Positions 28,101-36,919 of a stretch of DNA of 41,413 nt are shown here, one piece after another. The stretch spans positions 1 to 41,413 of the forward strand of contig JAHQWH010000062.1 of assembly GCA_029856105.1 (NCBI GenBank), given 5' to 3'. The translations under genes were made by a program, and so were the position numbers. The stretch comes from Promethearchaeia archaeon. Its GTDB lineage: Archaea; Asgardarchaeota; Lokiarchaeia; Sigyniarchaeales; SOKP01. The number at the start of each line of letters is the position of its first letter. The stretch's first letter is position 1. Below the pieces are notes generated by a model that saw nothing but the letters and a program-made list of their open reading frames with translations, made no database searches and was not told the origin of the DNA.

Positions 28101-29834
28101 TTGATAATGGAAGAAAATATACGATTTATTTACAAAAAAGAATTTTGGTACATTAGTGCTTTTATTAATACAAACGAATTCATTGGAGAAACCAAAGCTG
28201 AGGAAATAGAGGCTTTACTATTAGAAAAACTGAAAAACCTTAATGAAAAAGACTTAAAAAAGTCTTTCGATTTTTTAGAGAAATATCCTCATGCTGAAGA
28301 AAAGAAGAATATTTTAGTAGATATGGCTAATTCTGTTGAAATTGAATGTGATTGGGAGCCATTTTTTCAAAATTTTCCTTATATTGATGAAAATAATCCT
28401 TTTACTGAGGATAATAAAGATTTAGGATATAACACACTGGGTTATTTTAAATTTGAGGTTGAATATTATAAAAACGAACCTTATAAAAAGGAAAAAATTA
28501 CTCCTGACTTAATTCAACAAATTCCCTTTGTTGTACTTGATATCCTCAAGGAATTTGGAAAAAAGCAAGGGAATCAGTTTTTACTTCTTGACATCCAAAG
28601 CCCAATTTATATATTCGTTATTTCAAACAAAACCACTCCGTTTGAAGTTCAATGGAGTGAAGCAAATATTGATAAATACAAAAAAATTCTCGGATATTGG
28701 ACTCAAATTTATGCGGGTCAATGGGGTGATTATACTGATGACCTTTTTGAAAGAAGAGTCAAAAATAATTTATCTAATCGCTTATCAGAACTCCATTATA
28801 TTAAACGTAATTCTGGATTTGCATTCATGGTAGAACAGAATTTTGAAACGGAATTTCCATATATTGAAAAATATCTCTTAAATCCTACTCCTAAGATGAG
28901 GGCCGTTCTTTTTGCGTTGATGTCAATTAATAACTCTCTTAATGTTTTGTTTATGAAACGATATTCTGATGTTTTTATGAGCTTGGAAAAGATTGAGGAG
29001 AAAACAAGAAATCTAAGGTTTTTAAGAGGGATGATTCAGACTAAGATGAGCCTTATCTATAATGAATTAGATTGGAACCCACGTCAGCATTATACAAGAG
29101 TATTGAAGCATTTGATAAATAAATTCCGCTTGGAAGTCATCATTGAAAGAACTAATGAAAAATTTATAATGCTCTATGACTCGATGCAAGAATTATACCT
29201 TAAAAGAAATGAAGAGAATCAAAATAGGACTAAAAAAGCTCTGTATTTCTTAAATATCCTTCTAGGCGCTGGATTTATCGTTGAGTTTGTAACCGCAATA
29301 AGAATTTCATTTGGGGTTGAAGAAACAGAAGCACTTTCTCCTATGATTCATTCAGTAATTTCTATAATATTTGGAACTTTCTTGTTGATTACAATTGGAT
29401 ATCTCATCTATAATAGATTTACATCTAAAGCTTCAGAATATGGTCACACTGTTGATGCTGTTATTCAAGACACTAGCAATAATTTGATCTTGATTAAGAG
29501 AAAATACGCTCCTTTTAAAGGAAAATATGCTCTACCCGGAGGCTTTATAAGGTATAATGAGGATCCTAAGCAGGCACTAATAAGAGAAGTAAGGGAAGAG
29601 ACTAACCTTGCGGTCGAAATTATCAGAAATATTGGAACCTACGATCAAAAGGGCCGTGATCCAAGAGGTAAAATAGTATCAACTGCGTTTAAATGTAATT
29701 TAGTACGAGACCTTTCGAAAATGATGGGAGGTGATGATGCAGCTGTTGCTGAAGCAATACCAGTCGAAAAAGTTAAATCTATGGACTTAGCATTTGATCA
29801 TAAGCAAATCCTCAAAGATGCTGGAGTTTTTTAA
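28101..29834 (+). CDS. Membrane protein: large N-terminal domain + CorA/RMD1(DUF155)-like stalk + 2 TM + C-terminal NUDIX hydrolase domain
   Basis: Nudix box GGFIRYNEDPKQALIREVREETNL with TVDAVI, RDPRG, GDDA and LAFDH (ADP-ribose pyrophosphatase-like); TMs at about 29238-29300 and 29343-29411; long helix FRLEVIIERTNEKF...DSMQELY before TM1. The start may be ATG 28107. Confidence 0.85.
   Translation: MIMEENIRFIYKKEFWYISAFINTNEFIGETKAEEIEALLLEKLKNLNEKDLKKSFDFLEKYPHAEEKKNILVDMANSVEIECDWEPFFQNFPYIDENNPFTEDNKDLGYNTLGYFKFEVEYYKNEPYKKEKITPDLIQQIPFVVLDILKEFGKKQGNQFLLLDIQSPIYIFVISNKTTPFEVQWSEANIDKYKKILGYWTQIYAGQWGDYTDDLFERRVKNNLSNRLSELHYIKRNSGFAFMVEQNFETEFPYIEKYLLNPTPKMRAVLFALMSINNSLNVLFMKRYSDVFMSLEKIEEKTRNLRFLRGMIQTKMSLIYNELDWNPRQHYTRVLKHLINKFRLEVIIERTNEKFIMLYDSMQELYLKRNEENQNRTKKALYFLNILLGAGFIVEFVTAIRISFGVEETEALSPMIHSVISIIFGTFLLITIGYLIYNRFTSKASEYGHTVDAVIQDTSNNLILIKRKYAPFKGKYALPGGFIRYNEDPKQALIREVREETNLAVEIIRNIGTYDQKGRDPRGKIVSTAFKCNLVRDLSKMMGGDDAAVAEAIPVEKVKSMDLAFDHKQILKDAGVF
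29418..29440 (+). repeat. 23-bp perfect inverted repeat, left arm (right arm 30558..30580)
   Basis: TTTACATCTAAAGCTTCAGAATA at 29418; exact reverse complement TATTCTGAAGCTTTAGATGTAAA at 30558. Confidence 0.9.
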
Positions 29835-29848
29835 AATACTAATTCTCA

Positions 29849-29861
29849 TTTTTTTTTTTTT
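29849..29861 (+). terminator. Oligo-T archaeal terminator candidate
   Basis: T13 run 14 bp after the stop of 28101..29834. Confidence 0.5.
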
Positions 29862-29915
29862 ATTTCTTAAATTTTATTAAGATTATATAAAAAGAGAAAA
29901 AAAATAATTGCTTAG

Positions 29916-30400
29916 TTATTTATTAATTCTTTTAATATCGGTCTTCTTCTCAGAAACTTCCCTTTCCAAATCTTCTTTAAATTTTAAAGCATAGTCATAC
30001 AATTCTTTACATAAATTATCAAATTGCATTGGATTATATTCATGTACAAGTCCCCTATTTATATTTAATCCTTCTAAGTCTTCCCATTTTAAATTAATGC
30101 CTAGAACTGGCGTAATTTGTATAATATGTTTTCGAGCAAGCCTTATTTCATTCATATAATCAGTAGAATTTAATGATTTATCAGTTGGAAAGAATATTAA
30201 GAGTTGACAACGAGGAACTGTTTTCTGCATCCAATCATCTATATTACCTACAAGATTTTCTTCACAGTAATATACAAGAGAAATCTCCTTCTGTGATTCA
30301 AGAAACTTTGCAATCTTGGCTATTTGATAACCTCAAAAAATTTGATTTTAAATGAATTAGTTATACTGCAAAATTGATTTATTTGGCTTAGAAAGCAACT
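29916..30400 (-). pseudogene. TIR-domain protein, 5'-degraded pseudogene
   Basis: Frame open 30332->29916: GYQIAKIAKFLESQKEISLVYYCEENLVGNIDDWMQKTVPRCQLLIFFPTDKSLNSTDYMNEIRLARKHIIQITPVLG..LKWEDL, a TIR alphaA-betaD pattern retaining the conserved Glu. Three in-frame stops (30333-30359) destroy betaA. Confidence 0.68.
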
Positions 30401-30433
30401 GGAGTTTGATCAAGTGGCTTTTTATCCAATATC

Positions 30434-30452
30434 TTTTTTTTTTTTTTTTTTT
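30434..30452 (+). repeat. T19 homopolymer
   Basis: 19 consecutive T, the longest run noticed in the window, in the decayed 5' part of the TIR gene. Confidence 0.9.
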
Positions 30453-30557
30453 CCTTTAATATTAAGAGGATGTTTTTAATGAAAACTGTTATAAAACCCT
30501 TTCCAAGCAATTGAGTACCTTTAATTATAAATTCTTCTTCATTGATTTGTCCATTCT

Positions 30558-30580
30558 TATTCTGAAGCTTTAGATGTAAA
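30558..30580 (-). repeat. 23-bp perfect inverted repeat, right arm
   Basis: Exact reverse complement of 29418..29440. Confidence 0.9.
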
Positions 30581-30585
30581 CTTCT

Positions 30586-30762
30586 ATGGATGATGATGAT
30601 AATAGAGAAGATGATCTTGAAGACGAGTTAGAAACTCAAGATATAATTTCATCGTGTCCCTTATGCGTGTTCAATTATAGATACGTGAATTACAAAACTC
30701 AATCTGAATATAAATCTAAATACATAACCGATTATCTTTTAAAAGCGTTAAAAAAAGAATGA
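30586..30762 (+). pseudogene. Chimeric 58-aa ORF (5' end of acidic ORF 32235 fused in frame to the 3' end of the Fe-S oxidoreductase)
   Basis: MDDDDNREDDLE|DELE|TQDIISSCPLCVFNYRYVNYKTQSEYKSKYITDYLLKALKKE*; 30579-30634 matches 32228-32283 at 55/56 nt. Confidence 0.85.
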
Positions 30763-30813
30763 AAAAATTCGATTTCAAGCACGATTTTAGATGCAATAGG
30801 AAGCAACGATAGG

Positions 30814-32088
30814 TTAGAATCTTAAAATCCTCTGAAACAGGTGCATTATCCATGTCGTTAAGAATTTTGGGTATGAGACATATTTAAAGTAGGGGATATT
30901 AGGTAATGTGGTACGTGTTGAAATCTTAAACATTGCTTTGACATAATCCGGTGGACACCCTTTAAAGAATACTCCATACTTCTTATATTGTTCTGCACAG
31001 TCTCCATATACTATTGTTTTTCGTTTCTCCAACTTTTCCAGTTCTTTTTCAGGAATATCGAGATCCTTTCCAACGATAATTGTCATTCCACTCAGAATTT
31101 CCCATCCTAAATTTTTTCCATAAGCATCTAAATAAGATCTCAGGAATGCAGGGCAACCAGAGATGCAAACTTCTTTCCCTTGATAAATAGTTAGAGACGG
31201 ATGCACTTTAAGACTCCTATCTTGATCGACAAAATTACATTTTTTAACCTCTAAATAATCTCTGTTAACTATCTCAATATCATTAATGTTTAAAGGGCCT
31301 ATTCCTCTTTCAGCTAAATTTTTCAAATGCTGAACCTCTTTAGGATCCTTTCCAATTAAATAACAACATGTAACATCAACCGCCAAGCAATTATCACCAG
31401 CAATCATCATTTGGGTTTTAATTGGCTTCACTTCAGCGGGCCCATTTCCCTCACCCGATATAATAGTATCAGTGATGATTAAATCTGGCTGGCGAATAAG
31501 CGCGATGTCAGAAAGATGATCATGTAATCGGTCGTCATGATATTTTAATCGTTCTTTTTTTGAAATTAAGCCAAAATTATTCTTTACACTTAAAGTAACA
31601 TCTGTATAGAGGTTTCCCTTCAATTTAGGGACAGAAATGAAATAATCAATTGATCCATCTACCAATAATTTTGGGTACTTGATTACATGGTTGCTAATAA
31701 ATGGCTCTTTTACAAAGATGTTTTTTCTTTTCTTTTCATCCAAATAACAAAATTTGACATTTCTAATTCCTTTTACTACTTTCTTAATTCCTACTCTATT
31801 AAAAGCATATCTTGCCGTTCCCATAGTACGATTTTCAGCAATTAAAATTTTTCGGGCACCACGATCTGACAATGCTTTTGCAATACCTGCAACCAAGTTT
31901 ACATGTGTGTTAATCGCAATCGCTTTTTGGGAATCACCAATAGGGAAGACAAATGAAGGCTTAATTAAAACAGATTTTTCTTCAAAAAGATATCCTTTTT
32001 TATCAAAGTATTCTCCGAGTTTTTTCGAAATCTCCAGAGAATTATAATCTTCTTGTGGAATAACTGTTACTTGATATTTAGAAATCAT
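30814..32088 (-). CDS. DUF362 domain-containing Fe-S protein
   Basis: VLIKPS, ISVPKLK...VTLSVKNNFG, PDLIITD...GEGNGP and LAVD; C-terminal CISGC, GDCA and GCPP. Confidence 0.88.
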   Translation of the reverse strand: MISKYQVTVIPQEDYNSLEISKKLGEYFDKKGYLFEEKSVLIKPSFVFPIGDSQKAIAINTHVNLVAGIAKALSDRGARKILIAENRTMGTARYAFNRVGIKKVVKGIRNVKFCYLDEKKRKNIFVKEPFISNHVIKYPKLLVDGSIDYFISVPKLKGNLYTDVTLSVKNNFGLISKKERLKYHDDRLHDHLSDIALIRQPDLIITDTIISGEGNGPAEVKPIKTQMMIAGDNCLAVDVTCCYLIGKDPKEVQHLKNLAERGIGPLNINDIEIVNRDYLEVKKCNFVDQDRSLKVHPSLTIYQGKEVCISGCPAFLRSYLDAYGKNLGWEILSGMTIIVGKDLDIPEKELEKLEKRKTIVYGDCAEQYKKYGVFFKGCPPDYVKAMFKISTRTTLPNIPYFKYVSYPKFLTTWIMHLFQRILRF

Positions 32089-32234
32089 AACTCTATGACC
32101 TTATGATACTATATTATTGGATTATAATAATCTAAAAGATCATAATTGTTCTTAAAAACTTTTAGTTCTAACAATATTTATTGAAAAGTAAAAATTTAAG
32201 CATGTTTAACAATTATTAAGTATGGTGAACTTTT

Positions 32235-32378
32235 ATGGATGATGATGATAATAGAGAAGATGATCTTGAAGACGAGTTAGAAAAACAATGGGAAATGCAA
32301 GATCAAATTCACAAAGTTTGCAAAATGAAAGGAGACACAGAAGAAAAACAAAAAAAATGGAAAGAAAAATATAGTTAG
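32235..32378 (+). CDS. Small charged hypothetical protein (47 aa)
   Basis: MDDDDNREDDLEDELEKQWEMQDQIHKVCKMKGDTEEKQKKWKEKYS*; GGTGA SD-like motif upstream; below the ORF-track cutoff. Confidence 0.55.
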   Translation: MDDDDNREDDLEDELEKQWEMQDQIHKVCKMKGDTEEKQKKWKEKYS

Positions 32379-32381
32379 TTT

Positions 32382-33737
32382 TTAATTATCAGTATCGATT
32401 TTTTGAATGAATCGACTTGTCCTTGTTTCGATTTTTGATTTCATCGCGTAAAAAACTACTACTCCACATAAAACGATGATCAATTGTATAACAACGATTA
32501 ATAGGTTAAACGTAAAGAGTAATCCGAAACAGACGATACAACCTAAGAGCGCAATTATTGGCACCCATCCAAGATTAGGTTTTAGTTTAAAAGGTCTTTC
32601 AAGGTCAGGCTTTTTCCTTCTTAAAGCTATTAAGCTGAGGTTCACTAAGAAAAAAGTAATGAGCACGCCAAAAACAGTAGCATTCGCAACTATAGAGATG
32701 TCTCCAAGAAATAGCGGAATCATCGTTAAAATCATTGTTATTAAAACGGCTAAAGCAGGTGTTCTAAATTTTGGTGATACTTTGCTTAAGCCTTCTGGCA
32801 ACGCTTTATCCCTAGCCATACCGTACATCATTCTCGAGGTGACGATCATCATTATTAATACAGTATTTGCTGTAGCGAATAGTGCTATAAAAGACATTAT
32901 TATACCTCCAATAGGACCTAAAACAGCAGAAGTTACGCTATTTAAAGGGGCTGGAGACGATGCAATTTCGCTATAGGGCAATATGCTAACTACTGAGATG
33001 GCTGTTAAACAATACAAAACAGTTGTAATAATAATCGAATAAATTATAGCTTTAGGAAGGTTTTTAGCGGGGCTTTTGACTTCTTCAGCGATGTTTGCGA
33101 TATCTTCAAACCCAATATACGCAAAAAATATTAGAGCAACCGCCGAAAAAATACCAGTAAACGAACCTCCTATAGGGAGCTCAAAATAGTTGACTGATCC
33201 TAAATGTGGGATACCAATTATAATGATTAAAATGAGCCCAGATGCTTCAATAAATGTAAAAAGGATATTAGTCCATGTGGAAGCTTTGATACCGATGAAG
33301 TTTACAAGGCTTAGAATTACTATGAGCAAAGCAGCAAATATTACTATAAGTATAATCGACGGAACTCCGATTAAAGCAGCCAAATAATTGGCAAAACCTA
33401 ACGCGACGGTTGCGGCTGAAAGGATACCTGAAAAGATAATTATCCACCCTAATAAAAACGATAAAATTCGAATTTTAAAAGCCTCTTCAGTGTAAACAAA
33501 TTCAGCAGCGCTTTTAGGATACATAGCAGAAAGCTCAGCGTATGACAAACCGGTTAAAGCACCAGTAATCGAAGCTAATACGAAAGCCAACCAAGAGAGG
33601 TTTCCCGTAATTCCTACGACCTCGCCTATTAAGGCATATATACCAGCACCTAAGACATTTCCAATTCCGTAGACTGTTACGCCGAATAATGACACTCTTC
33701 TTTTTAATTTTGGCGCTTTTTTAACTTCTTCCAACAT
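32382..33737 (-). CDS. APC-family amino acid permease
   Basis: GNVLGAGIY, SYAELSAMYP, FFAYIGFE..AEEVKSP, SRMMYGMARD and RPFK; about 12 TM. Confidence 0.95.
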   Translation of the reverse strand: MLEEVKKAPKLKRRVSLFGVTVYGIGNVLGAGIYALIGEVVGITGNLSWLAFVLASITGALTGLSYAELSAMYPKSAAEFVYTEEAFKIRILSFLLGWIIIFSGILSAATVALGFANYLAALIGVPSIILIVIFAALLIVILSLVNFIGIKASTWTNILFTFIEASGLILIIIIGIPHLGSVNYFELPIGGSFTGIFSAVALIFFAYIGFEDIANIAEEVKSPAKNLPKAIIYSIIITTVLYCLTAISVVSILPYSEIASSPAPLNSVTSAVLGPIGGIIMSFIALFATANTVLIMMIVTSRMMYGMARDKALPEGLSKVSPKFRTPALAVLITMILTMIPLFLGDISIVANATVFGVLITFFLVNLSLIALRRKKPDLERPFKLKPNLGWVPIIALLGCIVCFGLLFTFNLLIVVIQLIIVLCGVVVFYAMKSKIETRTSRFIQKIDTDN

Positions 33738-33830
33738 AATTCACCTTTCTAAATATAAATTATTTTATACTTAGTTTTATAAAAAGTTATATAGTGAGCT
33801 ATAGTAAAGTGAATTAAAATTTAAGATAAA

Positions 33831-34403
33831 ATGCAATTTATAACCTACCAAGGACAGAAATTCGACGTTTCTGATAACGCTTTAATTTTGGGTAATCAGG
33901 GAATTGAAGAAATATCAAAAATAATTGGGCTTAAAGAGCTTTCAAATTTAAAGGCATTATATCTCTTTAATAACAAGATTTCTGAAATTAGAGATTTAGA
34001 TAATCTACTAAATTTAGAAAAATTGAACCTCTATGGAAACGAGATAAAACAGATTAAGAATTTATATCCTTTAATTAAATTAGATACGCTATTTCTTTCT
34101 GAAAACAAAATTGAAGAAATAAAGGGACTTTCCGAGTTAAAAAATCTGCACAATTTATCATTAGAAGATAATCAAATATCAGAAATAAAAGGTTTAGAAC
34201 GTCTAATTGAATTAAGAAAATTAAACCTTTATGGAAATAACATTTCTGAAGTTAAGGGACTAGAGAACCTCATAAATTTAATCGAATTAAGAATCGGGAA
34301 TAACCCTATACCTCACGAAATCTTAGAGAATTGCGGAGGTCTTAACAGTAATGGCTATGCTAATAATCCAAAATTATTTGTTAAATTCTGTATTAAGAAT
34401 TAA
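33831..34403 (+). CDS. Leucine-rich-repeat protein (Sds22-like 22-aa repeats)
   Basis: About six LxxLxLxxNxIxxIxGLxxL repeats, ending in IGNNPI. Confidence 0.92.
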   Translation: MQFITYQGQKFDVSDNALILGNQGIEEISKIIGLKELSNLKALYLFNNKISEIRDLDNLLNLEKLNLYGNEIKQIKNLYPLIKLDTLFLSENKIEEIKGLSELKNLHNLSLEDNQISEIKGLERLIELRKLNLYGNNISEVKGLENLINLIELRIGNNPIPHEILENCGGLNSNGYANNPKLFVKFCIKN

Positions 34404-34423
34404 AATAAAAATATTTAAAAATT

Positions 34424-34939
34424 TTATTGTATTTTTTCTGGTCTAGTAATACAGGGTTGCTGTCGATGGCGATGTGGTTTCACTCCTTGTAACCTTATTT
34501 CTCTCCTTTTTTTAGCCTCTTCATAACGCCGTTTTTCTTCTTCGGTCTCTGGAATTAATCCTGGGACCTCCGTTGGTTTGTCATCTTTATCAATAGCGAC
34601 AAATGTAAGATAAGCAGAGCCAACATGAGTATGAACACCTGTTTTAAGACATTCTGCCTCCACTCTGGTGCCAATTTCCATCGAAGTTCTAGATACGTAA
34701 TTTATAGCTGCTTTTATGAATATAAGATTTCCAATATAAGCTGGCGAGATAAAATCAAATCTGTCGACTGAAGCAGTAACTACATTAGTATGAGTGTGTC
34801 TAGCAGCCACAATAGCCCCTGCTTGGTCAACAAGTTTTAATAAATTGCCACCGTGCACATTACCAGCGACATTTGCGTGCTCTGGCATCATAATCTGCGC
34901 AAGTTCTACTCTTGATTGCGAAACTGTTTTAGCTTCCAA
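34424..34939 (-). CDS. Acyl-CoA thioesterase (YciA-like hotdog fold)
   Basis: HANVAGNVHGGNLLKLVD, VTASVD, RTSMEI and AYLTFVAID. Confidence 0.93.
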   Translation of the reverse strand: MEAKTVSQSRVELAQIMMPEHANVAGNVHGGNLLKLVDQAGAIVAARHTHTNVVTASVDRFDFISPAYIGNLIFIKAAINYVSRTSMEIGTRVEAECLKTGVHTHVGSAYLTFVAIDKDDKPTEVPGLIPETEEEKRRYEEAKKRREIRLQGVKPHRHRQQPCITRPEKIQ

Positions 34940-35151
34940 TATAATATACCTCTATTTAACTGATTTTCTTTAAGAATAAAAATGTTAAGAGTAATAATAA
35001 AAATTATCCTTTTAAATTATAATTTAAAAAAAGACCAGTAATGTTCTCTATTCAAATGAGAGAAATTTAAATTAAATTCTATATTCTATTATTCAAATTA
35101 TAGAATAATGATTTAAAATAAATAGCTAAATAAAAGGAAAAGTGATAAAAA

Positions 35152-35652
35152 ATGCCAAGTTTTAAAGAAACTTACGAAGCAATAAAAAAGGATGTTAAAA
35201 ACGGGGAGAAAAATTTCAATGTAGCCTGTGAAATGCTGTCAGAAGGGATGCAAACTAAGGTTACTATGGGCGCTTCAAATCACGAATTTATAATTGATGC
35301 CCCTATAGGCTTAGATGGGACAGACAAAGGACCATCTCCATTATTGGCCATATTAGGCTCTATTGGTGCTTGTATTATTGCAGTTGCAAAATTTTGGGCG
35401 TTAATAGAGGACATAAAAATCGAATCTATGACAGTGAATTCAAGAGGTCACCTAAATCTCGCAGGTATTTTTGGTCTTAATGATAATATACCTCCAGGTT
35501 ATGATACATTTCAACCCATCATTAGAATTAAGGCAGATGCTCCTAAAGCAAAAATAGAAGAAATGATGGAAAAAGTATTTAGCCATTGCCCAGTTATTTA
35601 TAATTTCAATGGGCCTACTCCAATTAAATACAAACTGCAAATTAGAGAATAA
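35152..35652 (+). CDS. OsmC/Ohr-family protein
   Basis: DAP..LDGTDKGPSP...GAC and HCPV (two conserved Cys). Confidence 0.88.
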   Translation: MPSFKETYEAIKKDVKNGEKNFNVACEMLSEGMQTKVTMGASNHEFIIDAPIGLDGTDKGPSPLLAILGSIGACIIAVAKFWALIEDIKIESMTVNSRGHLNLAGIFGLNDNIPPGYDTFQPIIRIKADAPKAKIEEMMEKVFSHCPVIYNFNGPTPIKYKLQIRE

Positions 35653-35704
35653 GATTTTTATATTTTATAATTTTTTTTTTATTCACAGTTCATTCAATAC
35701 GAGT

Positions 35705-36550
35705 TTAGCGTAAAGGAAATTTAGGATCTCTTTTCTCAAAAAAGGCAGCAGAAGCTTCGTTTACGTCTTTTGAACTAAATGTTAAAACGATTGAAGAGTT
35801 TTCAAATTGTAGGATGGTTTCTAAGCTTGGGGAATCTAAAGATAAATTAATCGCTTGTTTGGTCATTCTCAATCCTAAGGGACTCTTCTTTAACAATTCT
35901 TCTGCTTTTTCGATTGCTACATTTAACAAATCTTCCTTTTCAACAACTTTCAGAACTAATCCTATTTTTTCAGCTTCAATACCATCAACAATCTTTCCAC
36001 TATATAATATTTCAGCTGCTCTTGACATTCCAATAAGGCGAGGAAGAAAATAACTACCTCCCACATCTGCACCAGTAAGCCCAATATTAATGGAAGCGTT
36101 AATAAATTTTACATCTTCACTGGCAATCCGTATATCTGCTGCCATTGCGAATCCAAATCCCCCACCTGCGGCTGCTCCGTGTATAATTGCAATTATTGGT
36201 TGACTAATTTTTCGCATTTTCACATATATTTGACTTATACGCCATTGATGATACATTTTCTTTTTTAATGGCTCTGGAACGTTTAAAAAGTGGTATTTCT
36301 CATAACCTACGGGGGTCTTCTTTGAATTTAAAATTAATCCTTCTTGTAAATCAGTTCCAGCACAGAATGCTCGTCCCATTCCCCCAAAAATCACTATACG
36401 ACAATCTAGATTTGTCATCAAATGGTCTAATAATTCATGCAAGTCTTCCTCCATTTGAAAAGAAATAGCATTTAATTTCTCTGGACGATTAAGTGTTAAA
36501 ATACCAATACCATTTGGTTTCAGTTCAAACTTTATTGTTTCAAAATTCAA
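35705..36550 (-). CDS. Enoyl-CoA hydratase/isomerase (crotonase) family protein
   Basis: LTLNRPEKLNAI, RAFCAGTDL, QPIIAIIHGAAAGGG, LPRLIG and FFEKRDP. Confidence 0.94.
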   Translation of the reverse strand: MNFETIKFELKPNGIGILTLNRPEKLNAISFQMEEDLHELLDHLMTNLDCRIVIFGGMGRAFCAGTDLQEGLILNSKKTPVGYEKYHFLNVPEPLKKKMYHQWRISQIYVKMRKISQPIIAIIHGAAAGGGFGFAMAADIRIASEDVKFINASINIGLTGADVGGSYFLPRLIGMSRAAEILYSGKIVDGIEAEKIGLVLKVVEKEDLLNVAIEKAEELLKKSPLGLRMTKQAINLSLDSPSLETILQFENSSIVLTFSSKDVNEASAAFFEKRDPKFPLR

Positions 36551-36574
36551 TCTTTTTCACTTCTTTAATATTAA

Positions 36575-36919
36575 TTATTCTCCATTAAGAATTAATTTGA
36601 TTGTTTCTTTTAATTTTGGAATATGGTTTTCAATTATATCCCAAACTAAGTCATAATCAACCCCAAAATAGTGATGGATTAGTTTATCTCTCATTCCCGC
36701 AATTTTATTCCATTCGATCTGTCTGTATTGTTCACATATTTGTTTAGGAATTCTTTTTACTGCTTCCCCAATAATCTCCAAGCTTCTAACAAATGCTCTT
36801 TTTAGCGTTTCATCTTTAATAAACTCATCATGCGTTAATTCTTTTGATATGGTTATTATATATTTAAGTTCATCATTAATGTGATTGATTTTGTCCAAAT
36901 AATCGTTAGATCGATTCAA
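36575..36919 (-). CDS. hepT: HEPN ribonuclease toxin (DUF86/HepT-like)
   Basis: RSLEIIGEA and WNKIAGMRDKLIHHYFGVD (RX4HXY motif); overlaps the upstream MNT gene. Confidence 0.9.
   Translation of the reverse strand: MNRSNDYLDKINHINDELKYIITISKELTHDEFIKDETLKRAFVRSLEIIGEAVKRIPKQICEQYRQIEWNKIAGMRDKLIHHYFGVDYDLVWDIIENHIPKLKETIKLILNGE

Noticed and set aside
28101-29411. Canonical CorA magnesium transporter
   Set aside because: No GMN signature after TM1; only the general stalk + 2-TM layout is similar.
30333-30335. Selenocysteine readthrough of the TGA upstream of the TIR frame
   Set aside because: Two further in-frame TAA stops lie just upstream and no SECIS was recognised; decay is the simpler explanation.
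30173-30355. Plus-strand 60-aa ORF
   Set aside because: Antisense to the TIR remnant.
30434-30452. T19 as a functional phase-variation switch
   Set aside because: Changing the run length cannot restore the TIR frame because stops remain between the run and the TIR sequence; the length may also be a sequencing error.
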